From Candidatus Hecatella orcuttiae (GTDB lineage Archaea; Thermoproteota; Bathyarchaeia; Hecatellales; Hecatellaceae): a stretch of 64,000 bases of DNA. Below, one piece after another: positions 9,070 to 18,559 of this stretch. The stretch spans positions 160,001 through 224,000 of the forward strand of contig MTLY02000002.1 in assembly GCA_002011035.2 (NCBI GenBank), read 5' to 3'. The notes under the pieces were generated by a model. It searched no databases and was not told the origin of the DNA. It saw only the letters and a program-made list of their open reading frames with translations. A program made the translations under genes and the position numbers. Each line of letters begins with the position of its first letter. The stretch's first letter is position 1.

Positions 9070-9085
9070 TATAACAATTGTGATA
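9070..9085. promoter_or_regulatory. Near-perfect palindrome TATAACAATTGTGATA in the AT-rich divergent promoter region
   Basis: 14 of 16 positions are symmetric; lies between the operon start and the divergent HTH regulator. Confidence 0.45.
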
Positions 9086-9237
9086 TAAATAATTTACGAT
9101 GTATATAGACAGATTTACACCCAATTCATAACAGCAACATCCAACAATCCTTTCGAAAAAAAGCCAAGAATTATATAGCAAAACCATAACAATAGTGATG
9201 TTGATCAACCCCAGCCGGTTAAAACGGTGGGAAAAAC

Positions 9238-9639
9238 ATGATTCCCGTCTGCGAACTTTCCATGAGATACGTCATCCCTACCATAAGGGCAGCTCTCACG
9301 GGAAGACTGAGGGAGAAATACCGTCTGAAGCAGGAGGACATATCTAGGCTACTGCGAATAAGACAATCGGCGGTAAGCCAGTATCTCACTGGAAAAAGAG
9401 GCGTTCGGCTGAGGATCCAACGCGACCGGGAGGTCCAAGTCCTCCTAGACAGCATAGCCGGGAGGCTGAAGAGGAGAAATCTCAGTAGCTCTGAGCTGAT
9501 GAGAGAGCTCTGCCGAGCTTGCACGCTCATCCGTTCGAAAAAAATGGTATGCGGGCTACATAAAAGCCTAGATGAAGATGTCCCACCTGACTGCGCTCTT
9601 TGCCTAAGCGGCAAGAGCCTTTGCAACGTGAAAATCTAA
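9238..9639 (+). CDS. Archaeal Cro/C1-type HTH transcriptional regulator with Cys-rich C-terminus (COG2522-like)
   Basis: PVCE....VIPTIRA, LKQEDISRLL.IRQSAVSQYLTGKRG, C..C....C..H....C..C. Confidence 0.8.
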   Translation: MIPVCELSMRYVIPTIRAALTGRLREKYRLKQEDISRLLRIRQSAVSQYLTGKRGVRLRIQRDREVQVLLDSIAGRLKRRNLSSSELMRELCRACTLIRSKKMVCGLHKSLDEDVPPDCALCLSGKSLCNVKI

Positions 9640-9728
9640 AAGGGCGCCATTTTCTCGGGGAAAGGGAGAGAAGATTACTCTGGTTGTTGATAAGCCATCA
9701 GGGCTGAGGGTTTGGGATTCTTCGAAAG

Positions 9729-9813
9729 TGCGGGGGGAGGGATTTGAACCCTCGAACCCCTTCGGGACAGGATCCTGAATCCTGCGCCTTTGACCATGCT
9801 TGGCGACCCCCGC
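9729..9813 (-). tRNA. tRNA-Leu(CAG)
   Basis: GCGGGGG acceptor stem; anticodon arm CAGGA-TTCAGGA-TCCTG; long variable arm; GGTTCAAATCC T-loop; no intron. Confidence 0.95.
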
Positions 9814-9857
9814 GACTGTTTTAGGCGGATCAAAAATGTCTTTGAAGGTATTTAGTC

Positions 9858-10178
9858 CTATTCCCAGAGGTCTTCGGGGACTCCGGTTTTTTCGTTCCAG
9901 ACCTTCCTTTCCTTCTCCTCCTTTTCTGCCTCCACCATCAGAAATTTTTTCTCCCCTTTGAGGGGGATGATGAAGTATTCTCGGAGGGTTCCATGTTCGT
10001 CCATCAGGCTGAGCTTCTTTTTCCGGTCGGCTGGCTTCAAGGTTTTCGGATCTAAGTATTTGCAGAGGATGTATCTTCCCTTGGAGTCTAGGCTTCGGAC
10101 CTCCAGCTTCCCCGTTCGGCTTCGGGTTAGAACCGAGGGGGGAAACTCTGACCCAGGTTCCTCAGGCAAAAAAGCCAC
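9858..10178 (-). CDS. Hypothetical protein
   Basis: 106 aa charged ORF co-oriented with its neighbours. Confidence 0.6.
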   Translation of the reverse strand: MAFLPEEPGSEFPPSVLTRSRTGKLEVRSLDSKGRYILCKYLDPKTLKPADRKKKLSLMDEHGTLREYFIIPLKGEKKFLMVEAEKEEKERKVWNEKTGVPEDLWE

Positions 10179-10214
10179 CTTCTGTCTCTCTAGAAGAGAG
10201 GACAGGGGATAAGA

Positions 10215-11144
10215 CTAATAATCTTTCGGGCTGTGGGTGAGTGTTTTTCGGGGAGACCGGAAAAGCCTCTTCACCTTATTTAGGGTTGCTTTCCCCGTTT
10301 TCTCCGGGTTTTCAGGGTTCCACAGCTCCACGATCACCTGCCCGCTGTAGCCTATTGCCTTCAAGGCTTGGATGATGGGCTGGAAGTTTATGCTACCCTG
10401 CCCCGGAGGCTTGTGGCTGTCCCGAAGGCCGTCGTTGTCGTGGAGGTGAACATGGGCCACCAGTCCTTTCAGGTAGGCTTCAATCTGCTGGGAGATGGTT
10501 TCCTCAGGTCTGTCGTCCCCTAGGCTTCGCTGAAAGAGGTAGGCGTGGCCTATGTCCAAGGTTATCTTCATCTCTTCCACCTCCTCCACCAGATGGGCTG
10601 CGTTGGGTAGGCTGTGGAAAAAGAAGTAGCGTACGTGAAGGTTCTCCAAGCATAGGGTTACACCTCTATCTCCAGTGTAGCGGCAGCATTTCTTCAGGTC
10701 TTCCACAAACCGGGCCTCAGCCCTTTTCATGCTGGCCTCCATCTCCGGGACGGGGAAGTATCCGGGGTGCACCGTCAACACCGAGGAGCCGAGGCCTTCG
10801 CATATAGATGCGCATTTCTTCACCAGTTTCAGGGTCAGCCTTCTCAGCTCTTCGTGGCTGCTCCCCATGTTAAGCCCGTAAAAACTGGAATGAACAGAAA
10901 GGGCCGGGAAAGAGCTGAGTGTCCTCTTCAGCTGGGGAAGACTGATCTTCCGCAGGCTTTCGGGGTTGAAATGGGGAGTGTCCAGCACAAGCTCCATACA
11001 CTCAGGCTTGACCTCTGCCAAAAGGCGGAGGGATTCCTCCAGTCTTTCTCTGAGAAACATGTTGGAAGGCAGCCCTATTCGAACGGGCGAAGGCCACGGC
11101 TTCCCGCAGCGCCTCTGAGCAGGGATTGACACCGCTAATTCCAC
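10215..11144 (-). CDS. Sugar phosphate isomerase/epimerase (AP endonuclease 2 / xylose isomerase TIM barrel)
   Basis: TVHPG, CLENL, TLDIGHA, HVHLHDNDG.RDSH..PG.G.I, IVELW. Confidence 0.85.
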   Translation of the reverse strand: MELAVSIPAQRRCGKPWPSPVRIGLPSNMFLRERLEESLRLLAEVKPECMELVLDTPHFNPESLRKISLPQLKRTLSSFPALSVHSSFYGLNMGSSHEELRRLTLKLVKKCASICEGLGSSVLTVHPGYFPVPEMEASMKRAEARFVEDLKKCCRYTGDRGVTLCLENLHVRYFFFHSLPNAAHLVEEVEEMKITLDIGHAYLFQRSLGDDRPEETISQQIEAYLKGLVAHVHLHDNDGLRDSHKPPGQGSINFQPIIQALKAIGYSGQVIVELWNPENPEKTGKATLNKVKRLFRSPRKTLTHSPKDY

Positions 11145-12784
11145 ACCATGAAGGTTAGTTCTTTTTTCTCCCCCAGAGGATAGGGGTCATCCCAGCTTGA
11201 CCAGACGAAGGCTTGGACAGTGTAGGTTCCCGGCTTCTCAGGGGTCCATGAGGCTGTGAAGACGCCGGTTTCTCCCGGGGGCAGAAACCCTGCAACCGAG
11301 TTGAGGTGCACAACTCTTCCCCGAGCATCTTTAACCTGAACGATGTAGGTTAACGGCAGACCTCCTGGGGCTAGATTCTTCAATTCTAGGGAGAGGACCA
11401 CCTCGCCGCCCGTCTTTCCGTAGGCTGCCGGAATGCCTTGGGCGGTGGAGGACGTGAAACCTAACGTCTCCGCATGCGGGATTCCCGCTGCTCTGTAAAT
11501 TTCCTTAAGCTCCCCGAAGCTGGGAGCGTTGACTATGGTAACCGCTGAACCCTCCCGGAAAATTTTAACATAGTCTCCTCCCTCCACCCGCCATAAACCC
11601 TCGGACAGTTCTGAGGCTTCCATCAAGCTCAGCATCGTCCGGTAGCCTGCCTGGAACTCTACGGCGTCCTCCTCCGTGTCCCAGAGGAGTTTCCAAACAT
11701 AGCCGTAGCGGTCGCCTTTCTTGTAGACCGCCATCCAGTCTCCACCCCAACCTTCAGAGTATTTTGAAGAATAGGTTACGCTGCCTCCTTTCTCACCCAG
11801 CCTCACCAATCCAACGTTCCAGAACATGACGAAGATAACCGCTTCCCCCAGCTCGTCTTCCCCCAGCAGAACCCACTCCCCATAACCCTCACCCAAGCCG
11901 CCTACTGGAAGAGGCTCCTCCCCGGCTGAGAACTTTTCCGGATGGATCACCTGCTCAGTGGAGGAGGGAGGCCTCTCATAGGCCCGGTTAACCGCCTCCC
12001 AACCTCCCTCCTCTAGGAGGGCTGCGACGAAGTTTATTCCTTCCCAGTAGGGGAAGATTTGGATGAGGATGAAACCCCAAGGCACCCCCGCGCTTCCTCC
12101 TCCACTGGACCCGCCAACGTAGAGGCGGCACTCGCCGTAGAGGCCTTCCTCGCATCTTCTTCCATACTCTGCTTCCACGTATTCCGCATCACCCTCGATG
12201 AGGGCGCTGAGGGCTAGGTTGTCGTCGGTGAGGTTGAATTGAAGCTCAAAAATCTCAGGGAAATACTGGTCGACCAGGCCGTGGGTTAGTTCGTGGGCTA
12301 ACAGCGCCTCCCCAACCTCTGCCCCTGAGTCCACGATGACTATTTCGTCTTTTTCCACATCGTAGAAGCCTAGGACGGCTGAAGTGTAGAAGGAATGGTA
12401 GATTTCCCCCGCGTCCGCTGTCTCGTCCAAGATGTAGAGGGCCACCAACTCTTGGTGAGCCAGCTCTAGGTCTTCTCCGGCTGAAAAGTTGCCCAAATAC
12501 TCTTCAGCCAACTGCGCCCGGTCGATGGTCTTCAAGGGGAGCGCCTGTTTAAACTCAAGTTCTCTGATGTCCTCAACCCGGCTCATAACCTTCTCCACCA
12601 ACTCCTCCAGCTCAGGCTTTGAAGCCTCTGAGGCAGGGCTGCTTTTCCCAGCAGTAGTCTCAGGGGTGGATGCGGACAGATAGCCGTGAGGCGGGGAAAA
12701 AGGAAGCCCTGGGGAGACGAGGAGAAAGGAGATGAATAAAAGGGGGAGGAAAGAAAACCTTCTAACGGTGTCTCCACCGGCCAT
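11135..12784 (-). CDS. Secreted surface protein with zincin-like domain (Hvo_1808-like) and C-terminal Ig-like domain
   Basis: Signal peptide; AHELTHGLVDQ..ALIEGDA; FPY.EG..F; PPSSTEQVIHPEK; GWGGD. Confidence 0.7.
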   Translation of the reverse strand: MAGGDTVRRFSFLPLLFISFLLVSPGLPFSPPHGYLSASTPETTAGKSSPASEASKPELEELVEKVMSRVEDIRELEFKQALPLKTIDRAQLAEEYLGNFSAGEDLELAHQELVALYILDETADAGEIYHSFYTSAVLGFYDVEKDEIVIVDSGAEVGEALLAHELTHGLVDQYFPEIFELQFNLTDDNLALSALIEGDAEYVEAEYGRRCEEGLYGECRLYVGGSSGGGSAGVPWGFILIQIFPYWEGINFVAALLEEGGWEAVNRAYERPPSSTEQVIHPEKFSAGEEPLPVGGLGEGYGEWVLLGEDELGEAVIFVMFWNVGLVRLGEKGGSVTYSSKYSEGWGGDWMAVYKKGDRYGYVWKLLWDTEEDAVEFQAGYRTMLSLMEASELSEGLWRVEGGDYVKIFREGSAVTIVNAPSFGELKEIYRAAGIPHAETLGFTSSTAQGIPAAYGKTGGEVVLSLELKNLAPGGLPLTYIVQVKDARGRVVHLNSVAGFLPPGETGVFTASWTPEKPGTYTVQAFVWSSWDDPYPLGEKKELTFMVWN

Positions 12785-12791
12785 TTTAAAC

Positions 12792-13958
12792 TTACTCTTT
12801 CCTAGGGCCAGCTGGGCTTTCAGGGGCCACTTCGTCGAAGGTAAGCAGCCTCACATGGCTGGGCTTCTTAACCAACTCCGAAATTCGGTCCCCTATGAGG
12901 CAGGTTACTCCCTTCTCAGCAGCCACGTCGACCAGTCGCTGGGTTATGATGCCGTCGAAGACCACCGTGGTCACGCCGTCGGTTTGAGGAAGCCTCTCCG
13001 CCAGTTCGCTGACGGGCATCTGAGCTACGACCTCCAAGTTTCCGTTGAAAAGACTTGCCTCCAGCGTGCCTTTGAGGTTGTTGATGGCCTCGATGAGCTT
13101 CGGGGAAACGGAAACCCGAGCGTGCTTCAATCTAACCTCTGAAGCCGGAACCTTCTCCTTCAAGGCGGCCAAGATATCTCTGCAGGTAAGCTCTTCCACC
13201 TCCTTTCCCGGGGGGGCTCTGGCCACGTATTTGACGTGGATGGTTTCCAAAAGCTCGCGGAGGATGAGGTCTCCAGCCCTATCCCCGTCGAGGAAGAGGG
13301 TGATTTCCTTTTCGCGGCCGAGCTTGAGGATGGTTTCCGAAACTCTTGCACCCTGAATGGCTACAACGTTCTTTATTCCGCATCTCAGGAGATTGTGGAC
13401 GTCGGCTCTTCCCTCCACGAGGATGATGGACGGAGACTTGTCGATGTCAGGCCCCGCGGGCAGCTGCTCAGGCCCGTAGGTTGTGATCTCCGAAGGCTTC
13501 ATGGCTTCGCCTATTTCCTTCATCAGTTCCTCGGTTTCAGGCATGGCTTCAAAGGCCCATTTTTTCAGCAGGTCTTTGGCCCTTTTTATGATCCGCTTCC
13601 TTTTGAGCTCCCTGACGTCCTCGATTTTCTCAATCCAAACTTTAGCTTCCCGGGGGCCGATCCTGTCCACGCTTTCAATCACAGCTGCCAAGAGGGAGGT
13701 GGAGGCCATGCTGAGGCTGGAGCTCACGGTGATCACGCCGTGGGTTTTGTTGTGCTCGGTCTTCATCTCCACTTCAATCCTTCCAATTCGATTGTTTTTC
13801 TGAAGCTCCCGAAGGTCCAGCTCAGGGCCGAAAAGCCCCTCTGTTTGGCCGAATAGAGCTCCTATGACGTCAGGTTTCTCCACAAGGCCGTTGACTTCAA
13901 ACCTCGCGGTGATGACGTATTTTGCTGTGGGTGCGGCTGACTGACTGGTCATAAACAT
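12792..13958 (-). CDS. dnaG: Archaeal DnaG-like protein (exosome-associated Toprim protein)
   Basis: VEKPDVIGALFGQTEGL.G.ELDLRELQK..RIGRI, ILVEGRADV, FLDGDRAG. Confidence 0.95.
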   Translation of the reverse strand: MFMTSQSAAPTAKYVITARFEVNGLVEKPDVIGALFGQTEGLFGPELDLRELQKNNRIGRIEVEMKTEHNKTHGVITVSSSLSMASTSLLAAVIESVDRIGPREAKVWIEKIEDVRELKRKRIIKRAKDLLKKWAFEAMPETEELMKEIGEAMKPSEITTYGPEQLPAGPDIDKSPSIILVEGRADVHNLLRCGIKNVVAIQGARVSETILKLGREKEITLFLDGDRAGDLILRELLETIHVKYVARAPPGKEVEELTCRDILAALKEKVPASEVRLKHARVSVSPKLIEAINNLKGTLEASLFNGNLEVVAQMPVSELAERLPQTDGVTTVVFDGIITQRLVDVAAEKGVTCLIGDRISELVKKPSHVRLLTFDEVAPESPAGPRKE

Positions 13959-14018
13959 TCATCTCCTATCCCTATTAGGCTGGTTTTCCACCCGCATCGC
14001 GTAGACCAAGGAAAAAGT

Positions 14019-15035
14019 CTATTTCAGCATTTTTAAGGTCGAGTCGGTTGTCTTCATCGATTTTTCCACATCCGCCGACTTCAAAGCCGCTCTGATGGCG
14101 TCGATGTTCTCCGGTATTACGTCGGCCTCTTGGTGGACGGCTTGAAGATAGTGAACTTCGCCGTCGACCACCATTACAGACTCTCTCCAAACGCAGATTT
14201 CATAGATGTCCTGCCTAGGCCGGCCTAGGTCTCTGGCGAAATCGAAGAGGTGGGCGGTGGATATGAGACCCTCGTCCTTGCCTACGAGGAGAACGCGGGG
14301 AGCCCTTTGAAAGGCTTCGATCACGTCTTCACTTTTGACCGGCTGACGGAGGTCTGCGGAAACAGAGTGAACATGCATGTAGGTGTTGGGCACTTTCAAG
14401 GCGACTGTGGTGATGGGCAAGGTGGGCAGAACCGTGTTCACGTCAGGGCCGTGGTGGGAAGGCAGGGTTGTGGGGTCGGGGACGATGGCGTCTATGGGCC
14501 CCCTTTTTATGTCCTCAGGGTCAGCGGCTCTCCGTATGAGGGTTGCCCTGGCTTTCTTAACTCCGAAAACACTGTCCAGAGTATGGAGGGTTCTGCAGAG
14601 TCCTGTGGTGTTGCAGGATACAACCCTGATGGTGTCAGCTCCGTAGGCTTTGTCGTAGTTGCATTGAGCTACAAAGGAGACAGCGGCCACCCGGGCTTTC
14701 TCCCCTCCTTCAAAGACAGCCTTCACCCTCGCCTTCTCGTAGGCAGGCTTGTTTTTCTCGCCAACTCCTCCAGGTGTCGCGTCTACGATGATGTCCACTG
14801 TCTTCAGAAGGTCCTCCACCGTGCCTTCCACCTTGAGGCCGGCTTTTTCAAACTCGCCCACCCCCGCCTCACCCGAGGCATAGAGCGGGTAGCCTTTCTT
14901 CAAGGCCAGCTGGGCTTTGTAGTCGGGTTTGGTTTTGGCAACGCCGACGAGTTTCATATCCGGCTGGAGGGCTACGGCGTCGGCTACCCTCCGCCCTATG
15001 GTTCCGAATCCGTTAACTCCAACTTTTATAACCAT
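14019..15035 (-). CDS. gap: Glyceraldehyde-3-phosphate dehydrogenase, archaeal type II
   Basis: VGVNGFGTIGRRVADAV, RVVSCNTTGLCR, PSHHGPDV, HQEADVIPENIDAIRA. Confidence 0.95.
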   Translation of the reverse strand: MVIKVGVNGFGTIGRRVADAVALQPDMKLVGVAKTKPDYKAQLALKKGYPLYASGEAGVGEFEKAGLKVEGTVEDLLKTVDIIVDATPGGVGEKNKPAYEKARVKAVFEGGEKARVAAVSFVAQCNYDKAYGADTIRVVSCNTTGLCRTLHTLDSVFGVKKARATLIRRAADPEDIKRGPIDAIVPDPTTLPSHHGPDVNTVLPTLPITTVALKVPNTYMHVHSVSADLRQPVKSEDVIEAFQRAPRVLLVGKDEGLISTAHLFDFARDLGRPRQDIYEICVWRESVMVVDGEVHYLQAVHQEADVIPENIDAIRAALKSADVEKSMKTTDSTLKMLK

Positions 15036-15061
15036 GAAACATTCAACCTCCTAAATTCTTA

Positions 15062-15514
15062 CTATATATTTACAGTCGCCCTTTTAATGTTTTCAACGTA
15101 GGCAGCCAGACCTTCTACGTCCTTGACATCCCCTGAAAGGAGGCCTTTCAGCTTCAGCCAAAAGGTGAGGTTGGGGGCTTTACCGTGATGTTCAAGGTAG
15201 TGGGTCATTTTCCCAGCCAGCTGAGTGCCTCTCCTGTCGAAGTCGGTGAGGATGATGAGCTCCCTTTCCATCTTCAAAAGTTCATGGAACACGTCGTAGA
15301 GGGGGATCCTCCGGGTTTTCACGGAGAAGATCTCCCCCTTCACCCCCAAACTTCGGAGGGCATGGACGTCCTTGGAGCCCTCAACCACGATGACGGCTCC
15401 CTCCCGGCTTTTATCCACTATTTTCTCCACTAAGACGGCTAATTTTTCGGCTTTTTCCTGAAGGGAGCTGCTTAAAGGCCTTTTTCCACTGTTTTTCCTG
15501 TCCAAGAGAACCAA
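15062..15514 (-). CDS. Small Toprim domain protein (RNase M5-like)
   Basis: IVVEGSKDVHALRSLG, IILTDFDRRG, KDVEGL. Confidence 0.85.
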   Translation of the reverse strand: MVLLDRKNSGKRPLSSSLQEKAEKLAVLVEKIVDKSREGAVIVVEGSKDVHALRSLGVKGEIFSVKTRRIPLYDVFHELLKMERELIILTDFDRRGTQLAGKMTHYLEHHGKAPNLTFWLKLKGLLSGDVKDVEGLAAYVENIKRATVNI

Positions 15515-15554
15515 CCTAGGCGGACGGGTGGGAGGATAGTCCCTCCCCTTGCTG

Positions 15555-16675
15555 TTATCTGAAGGCTTTCTCCAACTCCACCATTCTTTGAAGGAGGTCC
15601 TCCTTTCCTTTAAAATGTCTTCTGACAGGCTCTAGGATTTTGATGAGGGCTTCTGCAACCCCGTTCTTGAGGTCAAGGGGGTGAATCTTTCCCGCGGCGT
15701 AGAGGGCCTCCAGCTGAGGGTAGCCTTCCACGTCCACGGGGCCTCCGAATTTTTCCTTCCTTTCTAGGCGAAGAACCTTCTGCTTGGCAAAGACCACATA
15801 CCGGGCTATTTCCATGACAGGGTTACCGGCAGCCTGCTTGGGGGGGCAGTAGGCTTCCATGAGCTTGGCCCTTATGTCCTCCGGGGAGTCGTGGATGTAG
15901 ATGCAGCTTCTGGGGATGCTTTTCGACATCTTGGAGCTGATCTGGAGGTTTAACGCCTCATCCTCATCGTACACGCCGCCCATTCTGCTGGAGGGCCCGG
16001 CTAAGCTGGGAAGCAGATGGGTGTGAAGGCACACAGGCTTTTTCAAGTGCAGCTTCTCAGCCACATCCCTCGCCAGCATGTGGGCTTTCCGCTGGTCCAG
16101 TCCAGCGCAGGCGCAGTCCACACCTAGCTCGAAGATGTCAGCCACCTGCATGGAAGGATAGATCAAAGAAGCCGCGTCCACGTCCGCAGGGTTCAACGCT
16201 CTGCCCATGATGGGAAGACAGCGGATCACCCTAGAAAGAGTGGCTTTCTTGGCTACGCGGAGAACGTTCTCCCAGTAGCGTTCCCTAGCCACCAGCTCTG
16301 AAGCCCAGAGGAACCTAACCCGGCTGGGAGTTAGCCCCAAGGCTGCGAATCCTTCTTTCAAGTAGGCGCCGCAGAGGCGGATGTTCTCCATGACCCCTCC
16401 GAGTTTGTTGTTGATCCAAGCATGCCAGTCGGCTAGGAAGATGGTGAAGTCGAAGCCGGCCTCCACCATGTCCGCTATCTTCGCCCCGCAGAGGAAGCCT
16501 GTGCCCAAATGCATTAATCCGGGCGGGGCTGTCGCAGCCGCCGCTGTCCGGAAGGCTCGAACCCCCAGTAGGCTTTGGGATGCTTTTCAGCCTCCAGCAA
16601 CTGGCGGAGTTCGCTGCGGGTGACGATTTCCTCGAGGTCCTTTTCCACAAGCATCAGCTTTTCTTCAATATCCAC
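15555..16675 (-). CDS. tyrS: Tyrosine--tRNA ligase, two exons (16675..16546 and 16516..15555), 363 aa after splicing
   Basis: AYWGFEPSG + L + MHLG (HIGH region), FLADWHAWINNK, YPSMQVADIF, GLDQRKAHML, KMSKS, HPLDLK. Probable start GTG 16675 (ATG 16714 is also in frame). Confidence 0.92.
16517..16545 (-). other. 29-nt bulge-helix-bulge (BHB) intron in tyrS mRNA
   Basis: mRNA reads UU-CCGG-AC^A-GCGGCGGCUG-CGA-CAGCCCCGC-CCGG-AU^U-AA. The 4-bp CCGG:CCGG helix is flanked by two 3-nt bulges, and canonical cuts give UCC GGA CUA AUG CAU. Confidence 0.88.
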
Positions 16676-16884
16676 GGATCTCTCTCCCGGGTTCCTCTCA
16701 TCTCCATACTTCATGAAGAAGCCTAAAAATTAAGTTTATGGAGCCGCCGATAGGGATAGGCTTTAGATGAGGAAAACATTTCCGGTGGAAGTGCCGCGAA
16801 CGAGAATGATTGGAGAGCGATTGTGGGTAAGGTTAATAGGATCATGAGAAGATTTATGATGAAACACACTGGAGTTGAGAGCTA

Positions 16885-18048
16885 TTGAAAGCTCAAGTCG
16901 CAATAGTAGGAGCCGGCATGACCCAGTTCGGTAAATTGAAGGGAGAGATGAGGGAAATCCACGCGGAAGCGGTTAGGCTTACCTTAGAGGATACAAGCAT
17001 ATCAGCCAAGGACATAGACGCCATGTACGTGGGAACATGGACCCCTGACTTGTTTCTAAACCAGCTTTTCCCCGCACCGATGCTGGCGGACTCCTTAGGG
17101 CTGAACAACATACCGGTGAGCCGAGTGGAGGATGCATGCGCAACCGGCAGCGTAGCTTTCCGGCAGGCTGCGATGGCAGTGATGTCCGGTCTCCACCGCC
17201 TAGTGCTGGTAACCGGGGTTGAAGTCATGACCCAGCGTCCCACCCGGGAATGCGTCAAAACAATAGCCTACGCCTCCGACCGCCTCTGGGAGCAGCCTTT
17301 CGGGATAACTTTCCCCAGCAGCTACGCCCTCCTAGCTTCTAGGCATATGCACAAGTACGGCACAACCCCCGAGCAGCTGGCCGCTGTGTCGGTTAAAAAC
17401 CATCGATACTCTGCGAAGAATCCCAAAGCCCAGTATGGAGAGGTTACCTTAGAGCAGGTTCTCAGCTCCAAGATGGTAAGCTGGCCCCTCCGCCTTCTGG
17501 ACTGCTGCCCCATCTCCGACGGCGCCGCCGCCTTGGTGATAGCTAGGGCTGAGGAAGCGAAAAAGTATACAGACACGCCGGTGTATGTGCTGGGGAGCGG
17601 CCAGGCGAGGGCTTCGCTTTCCCTCCATGACAGGCCCAGCCTTACGTCGATACCCAGCACCAAGCAGGCTGCCGAAACAGCCTACCGCATGGCCGGAGTG
17701 GAAGCCGGGGATGTGGATGTGGCGGAAGTTCACGACTGCTTCACCATAGCGGAAATTCTGGCTGTGGAAGATTTGGGGTTCTTCAAGAAGGGCGAAGGGG
17801 GAAAGGCTGTGGAAGAAGGCTCAACGGAGATAGGGGGGAAGATACCTGTCAACGTGAGCGGAGGCCTCCTGGGCAAGGGCCACCCCATCGGCGCCACGGG
17901 GGTCGCTCAGATGGTGGAAATATTCGAACAGTTGAGGGGGGAAAGCGGAAGCAGACAGGTCCCCGGCGCGGAGATAGGGCTGACCCACAACGTGGGAGGA
18001 ACAGGGGGGGTGGTGACGGTTCACATCTTCAGCGTCAAGGGAGGCTAG
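16885..18048 (+). CDS. Thiolase domain protein (acetyl-CoA C-acyltransferase family)
   Basis: VEDACATGS, CCPISDGAAA, AEVHDCFTIAE, GHPIGATG, HNVGG. Confidence 0.92.
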   Translation: MKAQVAIVGAGMTQFGKLKGEMREIHAEAVRLTLEDTSISAKDIDAMYVGTWTPDLFLNQLFPAPMLADSLGLNNIPVSRVEDACATGSVAFRQAAMAVMSGLHRLVLVTGVEVMTQRPTRECVKTIAYASDRLWEQPFGITFPSSYALLASRHMHKYGTTPEQLAAVSVKNHRYSAKNPKAQYGEVTLEQVLSSKMVSWPLRLLDCCPISDGAAALVIARAEEAKKYTDTPVYVLGSGQARASLSLHDRPSLTSIPSTKQAAETAYRMAGVEAGDVDVAEVHDCFTIAEILAVEDLGFFKKGEGGKAVEEGSTEIGGKIPVNVSGGLLGKGHPIGATGVAQMVEIFEQLRGESGSRQVPGAEIGLTHNVGGTGGVVTVHIFSVKGG

Positions 18049-18052
18049 AACC

Positions 18053-18460
18053 ATGGGGGCGGTATCAGAGTTTTGGGATAAGTTGAAAGGGGAGAAAAAA
18101 CTTTTCGCTTTGAAATGCAGATGCGGGGCCGTGGTGTTCCCTCCTCAGCCCTCCTGCCCCACCTGTAACGGGTGGGAGATGGAATGGGTTGAGCTCAGCG
18201 GTAGGGGCGAAATATATGCCTACACGGTTTCAAACATCGCCCCTCCCTCGTTCACAGGCAAGCTTCCCTTCTGCGTGTCCATCATCAAGCTGGAGGAAGG
18301 CCCTATGGTGATGTCCATCGTTGAAACGGACCGGCCTGAGATTGGGATGAAAGTCCAGATGGTTCTAGAAGAAAAGAGAAACCTTGACATACCCGACGAA
18401 AACTGGAGGGAAAGACCTCTCTACAAATTTAAGCCCATACCCGCAGGCGATTCAGCCTAA
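18053..18460 (+). CDS. DUF35 Zn-ribbon/OB-fold thiolase partner
   Basis: KCRCG...FPP...CPTC, GRGEIYAYTV, IIKLEEGP; directly follows the thiolase. Confidence 0.9.
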   Translation: MGAVSEFWDKLKGEKKLFALKCRCGAVVFPPQPSCPTCNGWEMEWVELSGRGEIYAYTVSNIAPPSFTGKLPFCVSIIKLEEGPMVMSIVETDRPEIGMKVQMVLEEKRNLDIPDENWRERPLYKFKPIPAGDSA

Positions 18461-18559
18461 CCCTCGAATACCCTCTCTCCCCAAGGTTGGATTTCGCTGA
18501 AAAATTTAAGCTCCATGCCATTGAAGAATTTAAATAGCCTTTTTTCTTTAATAACTTGT

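Noticed and set aside
9020-9208. 63-aa N-terminal extension of the CuA protein in the ORF track
   Set aside because: It spans the AT-rich promoter; GGAGG plus TTG at 9019/9016 gives a normal signal/TM start.
14250-15101. Long antisense ORFs (for example 14250..15101, 30817..31599, 13236..13856, 59177..59842)
   Set aside because: Shadows of well-supported genes on the opposite strand, with no recognisable motifs.
15555-16714. tyrS as a frameshifted pseudogene, or as a naturally split two-subunit enzyme (TAATG overlap)
   Set aside because: The disruption is a structured 29-nt insert whose canonical BHB cleavage restores the frame exactly, both halves are otherwise intact, and a split inside the HIGH region is implausible.
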